DNA of 64,000 nucleotides, from contig CASEKC010000005.1 in NCBI GenBank assembly GCA_949288485.1, forward strand, positions 36,658 to 100,657. The letters run 5' to 3'. Shown piece after piece: positions 34,766-45,212 of this stretch. The stretch's first letter is position 1; the number at the start of each line of letters is the position of its first letter. The stretch comes from an uncultured bacterium (GTDB taxonomy: Bacteria; Bacillota_I; Bacilli_A; RFN20; CAG-826). Under the pieces are notes generated by a model. That model was not told where the DNA came from, did not search any database, and saw nothing but the letters and a program-made list of their open reading frames with translations. The position numbers and the translations under genes are program-made.

Positions 34766-36583
34766 CTAGATATCTACGCAAACCGTAGTCGGTCTGCCTT
34801 CATAATATTGATTTGGATCTGATCTATAATATTTTCTTACAATTTCATTATCATAAGTTAAATAATCAATTGCATATACATTATTTATTTCAATCTCAAC
34901 AGGATAATTATCAAAAGGTAAAACTTCACCTGCTAAAGGAATATTTTTAAAATCTTCATAAGCATTTTCTACTAAATAAAAGGTTCTTTCTTTATATAAA
35001 TCAGAAAAATGAGTCATGTCATTTTTCCCTAAATATATATATTTATATGAATTTAAATCTATAGATGAAGGGTCTTTATAGCCTAACTCATTTTCAATAA
35101 AATCTTTGTCTGGCTTTGTTCGATCTCCGTTTGCAAAAGAAGTCAAATCTTCACTATAAAAGATTTCATCACCTAAGTTTTTTGACAAAATTTGTCCAGT
35201 ATTTGGAACGTCTTTAAAAATAAAATCGGTACCATTTTTGTTTGTATGTTGAGCTCCGAAAAACCCGACTATATTGATGTTTCCTAATTTATTCCATTCA
35301 TTAATTATATTTTTCGCCATTTGTTCTTCTCTAAACAATTCCCCTTCTTTGGTGTTTCTGTAATCTGTGAAATAATTTGCACCAATTAATTGTTCCTTTG
35401 TATCGTAATATTGCGAGGAATCGATAATTCCTAAATCAATCAAATTATCAACATATGAATCAATATTACTTACCTTTCCTCCCCCACTTCCATCTATTCC
35501 GTGAAAAACAGTTTCTGGATATTTCTCTTTTATAGTTTTTATAAAATTATAATAATGTATTGTGCCCATATTACTATTTATATTCGGAATAAACATGCTA
35601 TTCCAAATATCATCATTTGGAGATTTCATATAAAGATTTAATCGGCCAGCCCAAATAATGTTAAATTCGATAAATAAGTGCCTAAGTCCATAATTATTAT
35701 AATAATTATCCCGAATTTTTAATTCTTCCTCTAAAATACCTTGATCGCCATGAGCTTCACCAAAAATAAAAATTTGGCCTTTATTACCTTTAGGAGTTCT
35801 ATTTATATTTAGATTTTCTAATTTATCAATTTCTGAATATGAAGCAGTAAAAACTATATCATCACGAATTCTACTTAAATTAGGTTCCCATCTTTTAAAA
35901 ATATACTTACTATCATTATTAGATTCTTTTTTAGGAATACTTCCAAAATATAAACAATAATCATTAAATTTAATATCATTATATTCTTTTAATAATGTTC
36001 CATCATAATTTAAAAATTTAACAGTATAAATTGATGGCGCAGTATCAAAAACTGCTTTAAAAGTTATATTTTCTTCTACTGGATTTAATATCTTATCCCG
36101 CCCTTTAAAAGAATATCGATACTTTTCATCATTTTCTCTATCAGGTGTTTCCCCATTATATTCAGGTATGCTTCCTTTTATAACATTTTTATCTACTTCT
36201 AAAATAGTCCCATCATAATTTTCCCAAGTAACGGTATAAACTATTTCTATCTTTTCATATTGAGCGATATAAGTTATATCACTATATACTGGTTCTAGCT
36301 CTTTATTCCATCCTTTGAAAGAATAAGAATAATATTCATCATTATCTTTTGATGGAGTTAATCCATCAAAAGATGGTAATTCTCCTTCTTTAACATTAGA
36401 GTCAACTTCTAAGATAGTTCCGTCTTCATTTTTCCAAGTAACTTTAAAAGTTTTTTCTTCTTCTACTTGTGGATTATTTACACAAGAAGATAAAGAAGAA
36501 AGAGTTAACAAGATCCCGGATATAATTAATATTGTTCTTTTCATAAGATACCTATAATTAGAATAGCTTCTTTTATTTTTCAA
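34766..36583 (-). CDS. Lipoprotein with three Listeria-Bacteroides (InlB B-repeat-like) repeats and a ChaN/Tiki-like C-terminal domain
   Basis: Lipobox LSSC. Three repeats of about 70 aa fit the pattern F/Y.V.W.N.DGT.L.V......G..P.Y.G..P......Y.Y.F.GW. The C-terminal part begins IFIFGEAHGDQGILEEE... The domain call is tentative. Confidence 0.55.
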   Translation of the reverse strand: MKNKRSYSNYRYLMKRTILIISGILLTLSSLSSCVNNPQVEEEKTFKVTWKNEDGTILEVDSNVKEGELPSFDGLTPSKDNDEYYSYSFKGWNKELEPVYSDITYIAQYEKIEIVYTVTWENYDGTILEVDKNVIKGSIPEYNGETPDRENDEKYRYSFKGRDKILNPVEENITFKAVFDTAPSIYTVKFLNYDGTLLKEYNDIKFNDYCLYFGSIPKKESNNDSKYIFKRWEPNLSRIRDDIVFTASYSEIDKLENLNINRTPKGNKGQIFIFGEAHGDQGILEEELKIRDNYYNNYGLRHLFIEFNIIWAGRLNLYMKSPNDDIWNSMFIPNINSNMGTIHYYNFIKTIKEKYPETVFHGIDGSGGGKVSNIDSYVDNLIDLGIIDSSQYYDTKEQLIGANYFTDYRNTKEGELFREEQMAKNIINEWNKLGNINIVGFFGAQHTNKNGTDFIFKDVPNTGQILSKNLGDEIFYSEDLTSFANGDRTKPDKDFIENELGYKDPSSIDLNSYKYIYLGKNDMTHFSDLYKERTFYLVENAYEDFKNIPLAGEVLPFDNYPVEIEINNVYAIDYLTYDNEIVRKYYRSDPNQYYEGRPTTVCVDI

Positions 36584-37091
36584 ATGATATTTTAAATTTT
36601 AGGTTTTCGCCAAAAATCAAAAATATGCTACCTGCAATTAAAAAGCAAGAAAAAATATAAACACCAACATCAGAAGATAAAACAAAATTATAATTAGTAG
36701 GATTATTAGTTAATAAATAGTTTAAAGTTGAAGTTGGAGCAATTAAATTAGCAGAAAAAATAAATATAATCCCACCAATAATCATTAGTAAAGATGATAA
36801 ATATTTTATATTTCTAATAAAGAAAGTAAGTGGAATAAAAAGAATTCCAATTAATACTAAAATAAAAGCAATTACTAAAGGAATTGAAGCACCTAAATAT
36901 TGTTGATCGCCAAATATAATTGTTGAAAATTCAAAATTTAGTATATTTTCATTTATTGGTCCAATAACACTATTATCATTAACGATTAATCGAATTGAAG
37001 CTCCATTAAAAGCAAAAGCTAAAAAAGATAACAATATAAGTATAATTCCAAAATAAAACTCAATTAATTTAATTTTCTTTTTTGTATCCAT
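36573..37091 (-). CDS. Integral membrane protein
   Basis: 172 aa with 4-5 hydrophobic segments. It has an 11-nt overlap with the downstream lipoprotein gene. Confidence 0.55.
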   Translation of the reverse strand: MDTKKKIKLIEFYFGIILILLSFLAFAFNGASIRLIVNDNSVIGPINENILNFEFSTIIFGDQQYLGASIPLVIAFILVLIGILFIPLTFFIRNIKYLSSLLMIIGGIIFIFSANLIAPTSTLNYLLTNNPTNYNFVLSSDVGVYIFSCFLIAGSIFLIFGENLKFKISFEK

Positions 37092-37261
37092 ATTAATAAT
37101 TATTTTATTAAAAAATTTTTAAATAATGAATAATTATTGATCTTCTTAAGATACCTTGCGCTATTTAGTGGCATCAAAGACATTTCGTTCATCTAAGTCT
37201 TTTAAAATATAAAATATATATTTAAAATACTGTAAATAGTGAGAAATTAAAAGGCAAAAAT

Positions 37262-38050
37262 ATGAAGAAGAACCTACATAAACTATTTGGAAATTGTCTT
37301 AATCGGATTAAAAATCTTTTCTTTTATAACAAATTTCTTTTTTGTTTTTTTGTTCTCTCTTTTGGTGCTATTATTTCATATATCTTGATTAAATGCTTTT
37401 TAAAAATATCTGATAATCAAATTTGGATTATCATAGATATAATAGGAAATATTTTTATCGCTTGCTTTTGCAGTTATATTTTTTTTATCTTCCAAATTTT
37501 TATACCAGAAGAAAAAAATAAAAACCTCATCAAAAAATCTTTTTATACGATATTGCTCGATGTTTCTAGATCTATGAAACAAATATTTGAAAACATTTTC
37601 TTTATTAGCAATAGAAAATTTGATACCGATAATTGCTCTCGCGAAATTTTTGAAGAAATATCGAAGAACTTAGATCTTTCTAAAAACTCAAATTTAGACA
37701 AGATTATTTATTATGATGGACAATCTAAATTGACTAAACTAGCTTTAAAAGAGGCACTTATTTATTATTCAAATAAAATCGATAACGATATTAATAAGGC
37801 ATTATTCATAGGTATTAAATTTATGGATACAGAAATAATTGCTTTATTAGAAAACATCTTAACATCAGAATTTCACCATTCTTTCTGTAAAGAAATTTTA
37901 AATTTTGTAGATGGAATTCCATTTAAAAATGAGCCAGCTATATTAGCTGAAATGATATTTTCATATTTTGAATTTTACAAAAAATTAGAAATTTTTGTTA
38001 ATCAAAGCAAAGTTTTTGCAAAAGCAAATCGGAAATATAAGAAATTATAG
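37262..38050 (+). CDS. Membrane-anchored hypothetical protein
   Basis: Two N-terminal hydrophobic segments followed by a soluble domain of about 180 aa. No motif recognised. Confidence 0.45.
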   Translation: MKKNLHKLFGNCLNRIKNLFFYNKFLFCFFVLSFGAIISYILIKCFLKISDNQIWIIIDIIGNIFIACFCSYIFFIFQIFIPEEKNKNLIKKSFYTILLDVSRSMKQIFENIFFISNRKFDTDNCSREIFEEISKNLDLSKNSNLDKIIYYDGQSKLTKLALKEALIYYSNKIDNDINKALFIGIKFMDTEIIALLENILTSEFHHSFCKEILNFVDGIPFKNEPAILAEMIFSYFEFYKKLEIFVNQSKVFAKANRKYKKL

Positions 38051-38280
38051 ATGACATTATTATTATTATTATTTATTCTTTACATTGGTAAATATATTTT
38101 GAATTTTTTATTTTATTTTGTTTTTATTTTTAAAAGTAATTAGATATATAAAATTAAAATAAAAATAAAGATATACAACCATTAAAAATCTATAATTTGA
38201 AATTATTATTACTTTTTAAAATTGAAATTTCTTTTACTTATTTAAAATGCAACTTTAAATTTTATTTTTTAATGTAATAT

Positions 38281-39615
38281 TTAATTTATATTTGAGTTTG
38301 AAAAATACCATTTAATCCATTTTAAAACTGTGCCTGCTCTTCTTTCCATCGTATTTTTTGCTAAATTGAGATTTAAATCTGAATTCATTCTTTTAATTAT
38401 TATTTCTTTTCTTTCTTTTGAACTTTCTATTTTTTTGCAGTCTTTTATACACGCACTAAAAAACGAATCGTTTTTTAAAGTAACTAAGATGCTTTCTTCA
38501 ATTAATTGTTTATTTTGGTTTAATTTTAAAGCTTTATCTGTCAGATTTTTACTAAAATCAGTAAATTGCAAATAATTTAAGGCAGATATGTAATAACTAA
38601 TTTGCCTTGGCTTTAATTTTAATTTTTTTTCTATTTCACTGGTATCGCCATTAAAGCCGTACTTAGAAAGAATTAGAAGTTTAACGATGGTATTTATATT
38701 ATTAGCTTGTGGGAAAGGAATAATTCTTGATAAACCAAAATAAATAACTTCATAACCAGTTTTTCTATATAATCCATTACAATTAATTGAACGCAAAGTG
38801 TGGTATCTATTTTCCTCATAATAAAGTGTATATCTGCGATCATCTGACATTAATTCTGAAACTTTTTTTGTCACGTTATTTGATATAATTACAGCACCTT
38901 GTCTAACTAAAACTTCGTCACACGCTTTTTTTAATTTTTTAAAATCATCAAATGTAAAACCATGCATTTGGTATTTTGTAAAACCATCATCATCTTCATA
39001 ATCATATGGTGGATCGGCGTATACTACATCTCCAAACACAGTATCTTTTAAAGAAAGTTCATAATCGGAATGTAAAATTTTAATATCATTAGTTTTATCT
39101 GATAAATATTTATGAATTTCTCTAATATTAACCTCATCACATATTTTAGGGTTTTTATAACGTCCTACTGGGGTATTAAATTGTCCATGAGAATTAACGC
39201 GATATAATCCATTGTAACAGGTTTTATTTAAAAAAATTAAACGTGCAGCTCTTTCAACATTATCATATTTTTCTTTCCGATTTTCCTCTCTGTCCCATTC
39301 TCTAATCATATAATAGTAATTTTCCGGACCGTCTTCATAGTTACGATATTTTTCCGCATGAATATGCAAAAGTTCGATTAATCGTTCATATTCATTCGAT
39401 TGAATAACTTTATATGCGTTAATTAAATCTTCGTTTATATCACTAATAGTTGCTCTTTTAGGTTTAAGCATAAAAAAAACAGCTCCACCACCTAAAAAAG
39501 GCTCATAATATCTCCGTTTAGGATTCTTATTAAGCTCTTTAGCTTTTTCTATAAATTCATTAATATACTCAAAAAGCCTTCTTTTTCCACCGGCCCATTT
39601 TACGAAAGGTTGCAT
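38281..39615 (-). CDS. Dam-family (D12 class) N6-adenine DNA methyltransferase with a C-terminal extension of about 150 aa
   Basis: N-terminus PFVKWAGGKRRL, AdoMet motif EPFLGGGAVFF, and catalytic motif DPPY (..VVYADPPYDYE..). The C-terminal 150 aa has no recognised motif. Confidence 0.8.
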   Translation of the reverse strand: MQPFVKWAGGKRRLFEYINEFIEKAKELNKNPKRRYYEPFLGGGAVFFMLKPKRATISDINEDLINAYKVIQSNEYERLIELLHIHAEKYRNYEDGPENYYYMIREWDREENRKEKYDNVERAARLIFLNKTCYNGLYRVNSHGQFNTPVGRYKNPKICDEVNIREIHKYLSDKTNDIKILHSDYELSLKDTVFGDVVYADPPYDYEDDDGFTKYQMHGFTFDDFKKLKKACDEVLVRQGAVIISNNVTKKVSELMSDDRRYTLYYEENRYHTLRSINCNGLYRKTGYEVIYFGLSRIIPFPQANNINTIVKLLILSKYGFNGDTSEIEKKLKLKPRQISYYISALNYLQFTDFSKNLTDKALKLNQNKQLIEESILVTLKNDSFFSACIKDCKKIESSKERKEIIIKRMNSDLNLNLAKNTMERRAGTVLKWIKWYFSNSNIN

Positions 39616-39624
39616 AGAAATAAC

Positions 39625-40380
39625 TTAACTGTTCTTATTATAATATTCAAGCATCTCTTTATACACTAATTCTTCAATATCTTCTTCGCTTATTGCATCT
39701 AATAATTGGACGCCGCCGATTTTATTAATAAATTTACTAATTTCAGGGTAAATTGATGTATCTTCGTAGCCTTTTTCATCAACGGCCTTTTTTTCGCCTC
39801 TTAGCATCCCCCTGACTAATTTCTTTTGAGAAGAAAATGATGACCGTGTTGCATTTCTATATCGCTCCACATTGTCAATTACCCATTTAGTTAATTCATA
39901 AGAGTCATTTACATTATTTTCGTCTACAGTTAAGTAAACTCTATAAAACATTCTACTTAAAATTCCAAACATAATGCCTCTTCGAACACCTAATTTAAAA
40001 TACCGATGATCAGAAATTGTTGTACTCCTTCTAATTTTCATACAAGTTTTAGAAAATTTATAAAATTTTTCAAATTCAAGCCAAAGCCAAAATCTTTCAT
40101 CACACAAAATATAATTAGGCAAATTTTTTAATGCATTATAAATTTTTAAAGAGTTCTCAAAATCAATTTCCTTATCCTTTGATTCTGGATTAATTTTTAG
40201 ATTAAAATCCTCAATTTTAAAAACTTTTTTTTGCAAATAATTTTTTGGAAAGGTTGTCTTTACCCAATCATTATCATCGTTATCAATTATTAATTGAGTG
40301 ATACTGCTTAAATTTTTCTTTAAAAATTCAGTTGCTTCATCACTAAATAGGTAAATATTAATTTGGTTACTAGTATTCAT
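39625..40380 (-). CDS. Hypothetical protein, operon member
   Basis: I prefer the start at the internal Met (MNTSNQINIYLF..), which is preceded by aaggag. This gives an 11-nt overlap with the upstream gene. No motif recognised. Confidence 0.5.
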   Translation of the reverse strand: MNTSNQINIYLFSDEATEFLKKNLSSITQLIIDNDDNDWVKTTFPKNYLQKKVFKIEDFNLKINPESKDKEIDFENSLKIYNALKNLPNYILCDERFWLWLEFEKFYKFSKTCMKIRRSTTISDHRYFKLGVRRGIMFGILSRMFYRVYLTVDENNVNDSYELTKWVIDNVERYRNATRSSFSSQKKLVRGMLRGEKKAVDEKGYEDTSIYPEISKFINKIGGVQLLDAISEEDIEELVYKEMLEYYNKNS

Positions 40381-41296
40381 CTTCGTTATCTCCTTTTTGT
40401 TTAAAAGTGTCTTGCAAATTATCAAAAGATTTCAAAAGTGGTGATTTAAAAATTATTTGCGCAAATTCAATTGGACTATATTTTAAAAATTCTTCTTTTG
40501 TTAAATCCTTGTTTGTCATTTTTTTATAAGAGTTTTCAACTGAAATAAACCATTTATAATTAGAAACAACATCATCTAAATCATAATTGAGATTAGATAA
40601 GCGTTCACTAATTTTTGTGAAAGATTGAGTTAACGTAGGAATTAAAAGTAAGCCGAAGAATAACTCTTTAAAATTATCGTGTTTATCAAGATAGTTATAA
40701 CTTTTATGAGCTTTTTTTGATAAATATATAAAAATCTTTCTACCTTCATCAGATACTCGATATGGAGAATCATCAGGAACATTTTCATCAGGAACAACTG
40801 CAAATATAGATTTAGAAACATTGTCTTCCTCTTCATAATGAATAACGTCGAAACTTATAGAATCGTCAGCACCTAAAATATCATATTTATCAATAAAAAA
40901 CTCTATTCCTTTATAATCATCTTTAACTTCATCGGTTATCAAAACAAAATCTTTTTTTGCATAAATAAATAATGATAAATATACTTTACCGTTTAGATTA
41001 TTTTTATCAAGAACTAGGGTTCTATTATCCAATTCAGAAAGCCAATAAGATTTTCTAAATATTGTTTGAGAACACTCAACAAGAATCAAAACATCTAAAC
41101 ACCCTTCTTTGTATTTATTCATTAAGTATTCGCTATCAGTATCTAAATCAATATTTTTAAAATAAATTGAGCTACTATTAACAGATTCTTCTTTTTCAAA
41201 TTGAATCAAAAACTTTTTATTAAAGAAGACATTATTAATTGGTGAATTTGTAATAATTGGATAAGGAAACAATCTATTCTTTAATCGCATAAACAA
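40370..41296 (-). CDS. Hypothetical protein, operon member
   Basis: 308 aa, overlapping the end of the GHKL ATPase gene. No catalytic motif recognised. Confidence 0.5.
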   Translation of the reverse strand: MFMRLKNRLFPYPIITNSPINNVFFNKKFLIQFEKEESVNSSSIYFKNIDLDTDSEYLMNKYKEGCLDVLILVECSQTIFRKSYWLSELDNRTLVLDKNNLNGKVYLSLFIYAKKDFVLITDEVKDDYKGIEFFIDKYDILGADDSISFDVIHYEEEDNVSKSIFAVVPDENVPDDSPYRVSDEGRKIFIYLSKKAHKSYNYLDKHDNFKELFFGLLLIPTLTQSFTKISERLSNLNYDLDDVVSNYKWFISVENSYKKMTNKDLTKEEFLKYSPIEFAQIIFKSPLLKSFDNLQDTFKQKGDNEDEY

Positions 41297-43199
41297 TCGC
41301 CTCCCCGCTAAAATAACTATTTTCAGTAGTTTTTATAATTAAAATTGATTTTTGAGCATTTATAATTTCAAATGGCCCATATTCATTATCGTTTGCAAAA
41401 TTGATATCAATTCCGTTAACATTTAAACTTAGAATCTTAACTTCCCTTTTAGAGCTTAAATCATCATCTATTTGTAAAAGTCTTAAGTAGCATTCTTTTG
41501 AAGATAAATTAGGAATGAAAGTAATCTTATAGGTTCCTTCAGTTTTATTTAGACAAATAAAGTTATAACGGACACCCTTTAAAGGAGCTTTCGAAATAAC
41601 AATATTTTCTCCATCACCTTTTCCACTTGAATCATCACCTGGATGATATCCTCCTCCTTTACTATTATTGTGAGATTCTGGATGAAGCGTTTCATCGTTA
41701 CCCTCTACAATTGAACCTTCATCAGGCATGAATCCTTCTGCGCCATCTTCTTCAATTTCTGGTTGAGTTTCTAAAACTTTGCTTCTTTTAATTTCTGTAA
41801 CTTTAATTTTGTCAGAAGACAACCCTTTTTCTAGACCATTAAAACTATCGCCCTCATCATTTGCCGCTAAAAATTCTCCGGCACCATTAGGATCAATTTC
41901 AGAATTTTTATCTAAATCGAAACAACTCTCAACATCTTTTTCAATTTCTTTCTCTATATTATCCAAAATATTTTTAATTTGTCTTTTTTCAGTATTTTCT
42001 AATCTATTAACTTCCCAATCAATATGCTGTGGATTTTCGATTTCTAGAAGTTTTCTGCCTAGTTCATTATCGCCAATAATGCAAGCTCCTGACCAATTTA
42101 GATTTTCTAATCTTTTTATATCTTTAATTTTCATAAATGGCGTTCTAATCATAGCGCATCTATGGGTAGCATATTTTTTATCAACATCTTTGTATACTGA
42201 TATAAATAAATTTAAATCTCCTAAATCAGTTTCAATTACAAAACTTCTTACATCCCCTTCTCCAATTAATGTTTTATATAAAGAAAGTAAATAATCTTTC
42301 TTGTTTTGATTAATAAGATAGCTTTTATCAAAAATATTTTTTAAATTTGAAGAATTAATTAAAAAATTGTTAATTTTAATATTCAAGTCATTTTTAATTA
42401 TCGCATACATAAATGATTCTATAATACTTGTGAGTACTTCTTTTGCCCATTCATTATCGTCTTTAAAATCAATAATATATATATCTGTTCCAAAATCATT
42501 ACCTCTTGTAAAATTTTTATCAAAATTAAATGATTCATAAACTGGATTTATGTCATCATCAGAAGAAAAATATCCTTTACCTTGTGTATAATCTCCTGAG
42601 CCATCATTTGCCGAACCTGTTATTAAATCTGCGACCCCCATATAGCCTCTGAAACCATCTTTTGTATAGGTAGAATAAAAAACCATATTAAAACCAGATA
42701 GCAAAAAAGCCGCATTTTTTCCAACGCCTTTTGATCCGCCAGATAATTTCGTATCTTTATTAGAAACACCAGTAGATTTTGTTAATGCCTTAAATTTGTT
42801 ATTAGGTTTAGATAAATTTTCAACACCTATTAAGCCTGTTGTATTAAAATCAGATATTCTTAAACATTTTATTTTCTTATTTTCTTGAAGTTTTTTTAAT
42901 ATCTTTCCATATTCTTTTTGATAAGATTGCACTTCTTTCCAATAATCAATACAATTTTTAATTGCGTTTTTAAAGCCAGTTATATCAGGAATATCATTTA
43001 GATTTACATTAAACAAATTAAAATCGACAACTATAGGTTCATCGTTTTTCAAACGAGCATCAAGCGAATTTTGAACAATTTCTCTGCCAAAATTGGCATA
43101 AGGATTTTTCTTAAAAGTTTCAACATCCCCAGTACTTATACCTCTAACTTGCCCTCTATTACTTAATGGAAAGCGCCATTCTATTTTGTTTTCGCTCAT
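41274..43199 (-). CDS. GHKL-superfamily ATPase (MORC/paraMORC/Hsp90-like Bergerat fold)
   Basis: N box REIVQNSLDA (aa 39-47), a G1-like ISDFNTTGL (aa 115-123), and a G2-like GGSKGVGKNAAF (aa 154-165). There is a long middle region and an acidic, Gly-rich linker near aa 470-540. Confidence 0.65.
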   Translation of the reverse strand: MSENKIEWRFPLSNRGQVRGISTGDVETFKKNPYANFGREIVQNSLDARLKNDEPIVVDFNLFNVNLNDIPDITGFKNAIKNCIDYWKEVQSYQKEYGKILKKLQENKKIKCLRISDFNTTGLIGVENLSKPNNKFKALTKSTGVSNKDTKLSGGSKGVGKNAAFLLSGFNMVFYSTYTKDGFRGYMGVADLITGSANDGSGDYTQGKGYFSSDDDINPVYESFNFDKNFTRGNDFGTDIYIIDFKDDNEWAKEVLTSIIESFMYAIIKNDLNIKINNFLINSSNLKNIFDKSYLINQNKKDYLLSLYKTLIGEGDVRSFVIETDLGDLNLFISVYKDVDKKYATHRCAMIRTPFMKIKDIKRLENLNWSGACIIGDNELGRKLLEIENPQHIDWEVNRLENTEKRQIKNILDNIEKEIEKDVESCFDLDKNSEIDPNGAGEFLAANDEGDSFNGLEKGLSSDKIKVTEIKRSKVLETQPEIEEDGAEGFMPDEGSIVEGNDETLHPESHNNSKGGGYHPGDDSSGKGDGENIVISKAPLKGVRYNFICLNKTEGTYKITFIPNLSSKECYLRLLQIDDDLSSKREVKILSLNVNGIDINFANDNEYGPFEIINAQKSILIIKTTENSYFSGEAIVYAIKE

Positions 43200-43201
43200 A
43201 A

Positions 43202-43420
43202 TTAAATCCTTACCTTCTTTTTCTTTTTATTATTATCAATTAATTTTTGTTCGGTTTTTTTAGAAACACTATAAATTTGATTGAATATTTCCTTTATTTC
43301 TTCATCTGTATATTCATAAAAAGAAGAATTTGTTAAATTCTCCAACTGTTCAATAGTAGAAATAATTTTTTCTAATCGGTTCTGGGATATACGTTTGAAG
43401 TTATTCCTTTTATTTTCCAT
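43202..43420 (-). CDS. Small helical protein, first gene of the operon
   Basis: 72-aa ORF whose stop lies 2 nt before the GHKL gene start. It has a Lys-rich C-terminus. Confidence 0.4.
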   Translation of the reverse strand: MENKRNNFKRISQNRLEKIISTIEQLENLTNSSFYEYTDEEIKEIFNQIYSVSKKTEQKLIDNNKKKKKVRI

Positions 43421-43488
43421 AACAAAATAATAGTAAAAATTAGAATCATTGTCAAATATTTTAAAAATATTATTAAAATATTTTAAAA

Positions 43489-44241
43489 TTATTTTAAATA
43501 ATCTTTTAGAAAAAACTCGTATAGACTTGTTATTCCTTTATAAATTTTAATTTTTTTTCTTGTTTCGATGCCAGCTGTTATATATCTATTTTCAAGGAAA
43601 GTATAAAATTTTTTAATATAATTTTTAAAAATTAGCAAATCATCAATAACTATAAAATTGTTGTATCCACTTTTATTAGATAAATGTTTTTCATATAAAT
43701 AATTTGCGTTCAAAAGAACTTTTTCTGCTGTATTAGCTTTTTCTTGATCATAGCCTTTTGAAAACATTAAAAATCCTTTAAAATCATCTAATCTTTCTTT
43801 AGTAACTAATTCAATTACATCTTTTGGTTCAGTATCAGGCAATCGATGAATAATAAACTCGCAATTTTCCAAATCAATATTCCGAGCCTTCAATAATAAT
43901 TGAATAGTCCAAACAGAATGAAGAGCTGTATTATTCAAGTTAATATAAACATCATAAGCAAAAAAGGCGTGATTACTTTTTGGAGTTACAGTAAAAAGTT
44001 CTTGTTTTCCCCAATCTACTTTTATGTCAAGCAAATCATTTCTATCTTTTTGATTATTTTCAAATAAATATTTCGCCAAATTAAATAATAGGCTGGTCCA
44101 TTTTGTATCGTTAAATACTTTACTGCCAATCCTCAACTTATAAGGGGTAGTATTTTCAAAATTATATTCCTTAATTTTTAAATCTATTTTATAAAATCTT
44201 TTTTTGCCAAGAAAAACTAAACTATTTGGTAATTCATTCAT
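43489..44241 (-). CDS. Hypothetical protein
   Basis: 250-aa ORF between the AbiH gene and the GHKL operon. No motif recognised. Confidence 0.45.
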   Translation of the reverse strand: MNELPNSLVFLGKKRFYKIDLKIKEYNFENTTPYKLRIGSKVFNDTKWTSLLFNLAKYLFENNQKDRNDLLDIKVDWGKQELFTVTPKSNHAFFAYDVYINLNNTALHSVWTIQLLLKARNIDLENCEFIIHRLPDTEPKDVIELVTKERLDDFKGFLMFSKGYDQEKANTAEKVLLNANYLYEKHLSNKSGYNNFIVIDDLLIFKNYIKKFYTFLENRYITAGIETRKKIKIYKGITSLYEFFLKDYLK

Positions 44242-44385
44242 AAAAATATTTTATACCTTTAATTAAATTTGCTACAAAATATATTTTTATTTTACTTTTA
44301 TCAAATTATAACAAATATAATTGCAATAAAGGTGAAATCTATTAAAAAGTTTTAAATTAAAAAGAATCCTCAGCTTTTTTAATGT

Positions 44386-45159
44386 TTAAATTTTAAGTTT
44401 AATAATTTTATAAATTTCATCTTCTAATTTTAATTTCTTTTTATAATTTTCAGCAGCTTCTTTGTCTTTGTCACTATAATAATAAAAGTTCCATTTAAAT
44501 ATTTTTTTATAATTTGCTATATACTCAAAATAAGGGAAATCAATATTATTATAAGAAAACCCAATAACAGTGATTTCATCTGTTTGACTTAAAAATTCAT
44601 TTATTTTTTGTTTGTTTTGACTTAAAATTTTTTCGGTATTTTTAAAAGTTCTTTTCACTAAATCGCAATCATTTGCATTTATATTTTTATTATGCCCAAA
44701 AATAATATCATCTAAATCAAAAACAGCCATTCCAGCATTGCCGTGTATATGTATTACATTATTTTCATTTATTTCATAAATTTCTTCAAGTAGATTGGTG
44801 TAATTGAAAGTTAAAAAGTAATCTTCGGAAGTAAACGAATCTTTAAAAAAATTTTCACTTCTAGCATTGTTAATTTTTAAGGAAAGTACCCATTTTTTTA
44901 AAGATAGTTTTAGATTTTGAAGGAAACTATCTGTTATGTCGCTTTCAAAACATTTATAAAGAAATTCAATGGTTGTATATTTTGGATCGCCTAATGCTTC
45001 TTCAAAATTTGACCATAAAGTTTCTTCATCATAAAGATCCGACAATTTATCGGATACATCTTCATTATTCTTCTTTAAATAAGTTTTAAAATCTAAAAAT
45101 GTAGAATTTACGTTATGTGCAAGATCAAAACCATTGCCAATTATAAAAAGTTTGCTCAT
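44386..45159 (-). CDS. abiH: AbiH-family abortive infection protein
   Basis: The N-terminus MSKLFIIGNGFDLAHNVNSTFLDFKTYL and the later HIHGN fit the AbiH family signature. Confidence 0.65.
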   Translation of the reverse strand: MSKLFIIGNGFDLAHNVNSTFLDFKTYLKKNNEDVSDKLSDLYDEETLWSNFEEALGDPKYTTIEFLYKCFESDITDSFLQNLKLSLKKWVLSLKINNARSENFFKDSFTSEDYFLTFNYTNLLEEIYEINENNVIHIHGNAGMAVFDLDDIIFGHNKNINANDCDLVKRTFKNTEKILSQNKQKINEFLSQTDEITVIGFSYNNIDFPYFEYIANYKKIFKWNFYYYSDKDKEAAENYKKKLKLEDEIYKIIKLKI

Positions 45160-45212
45160 ATAAAATAATTTATTTTTTTCGATAATTTTGAAATATTTGT
45201 GTTTAATTTTAG

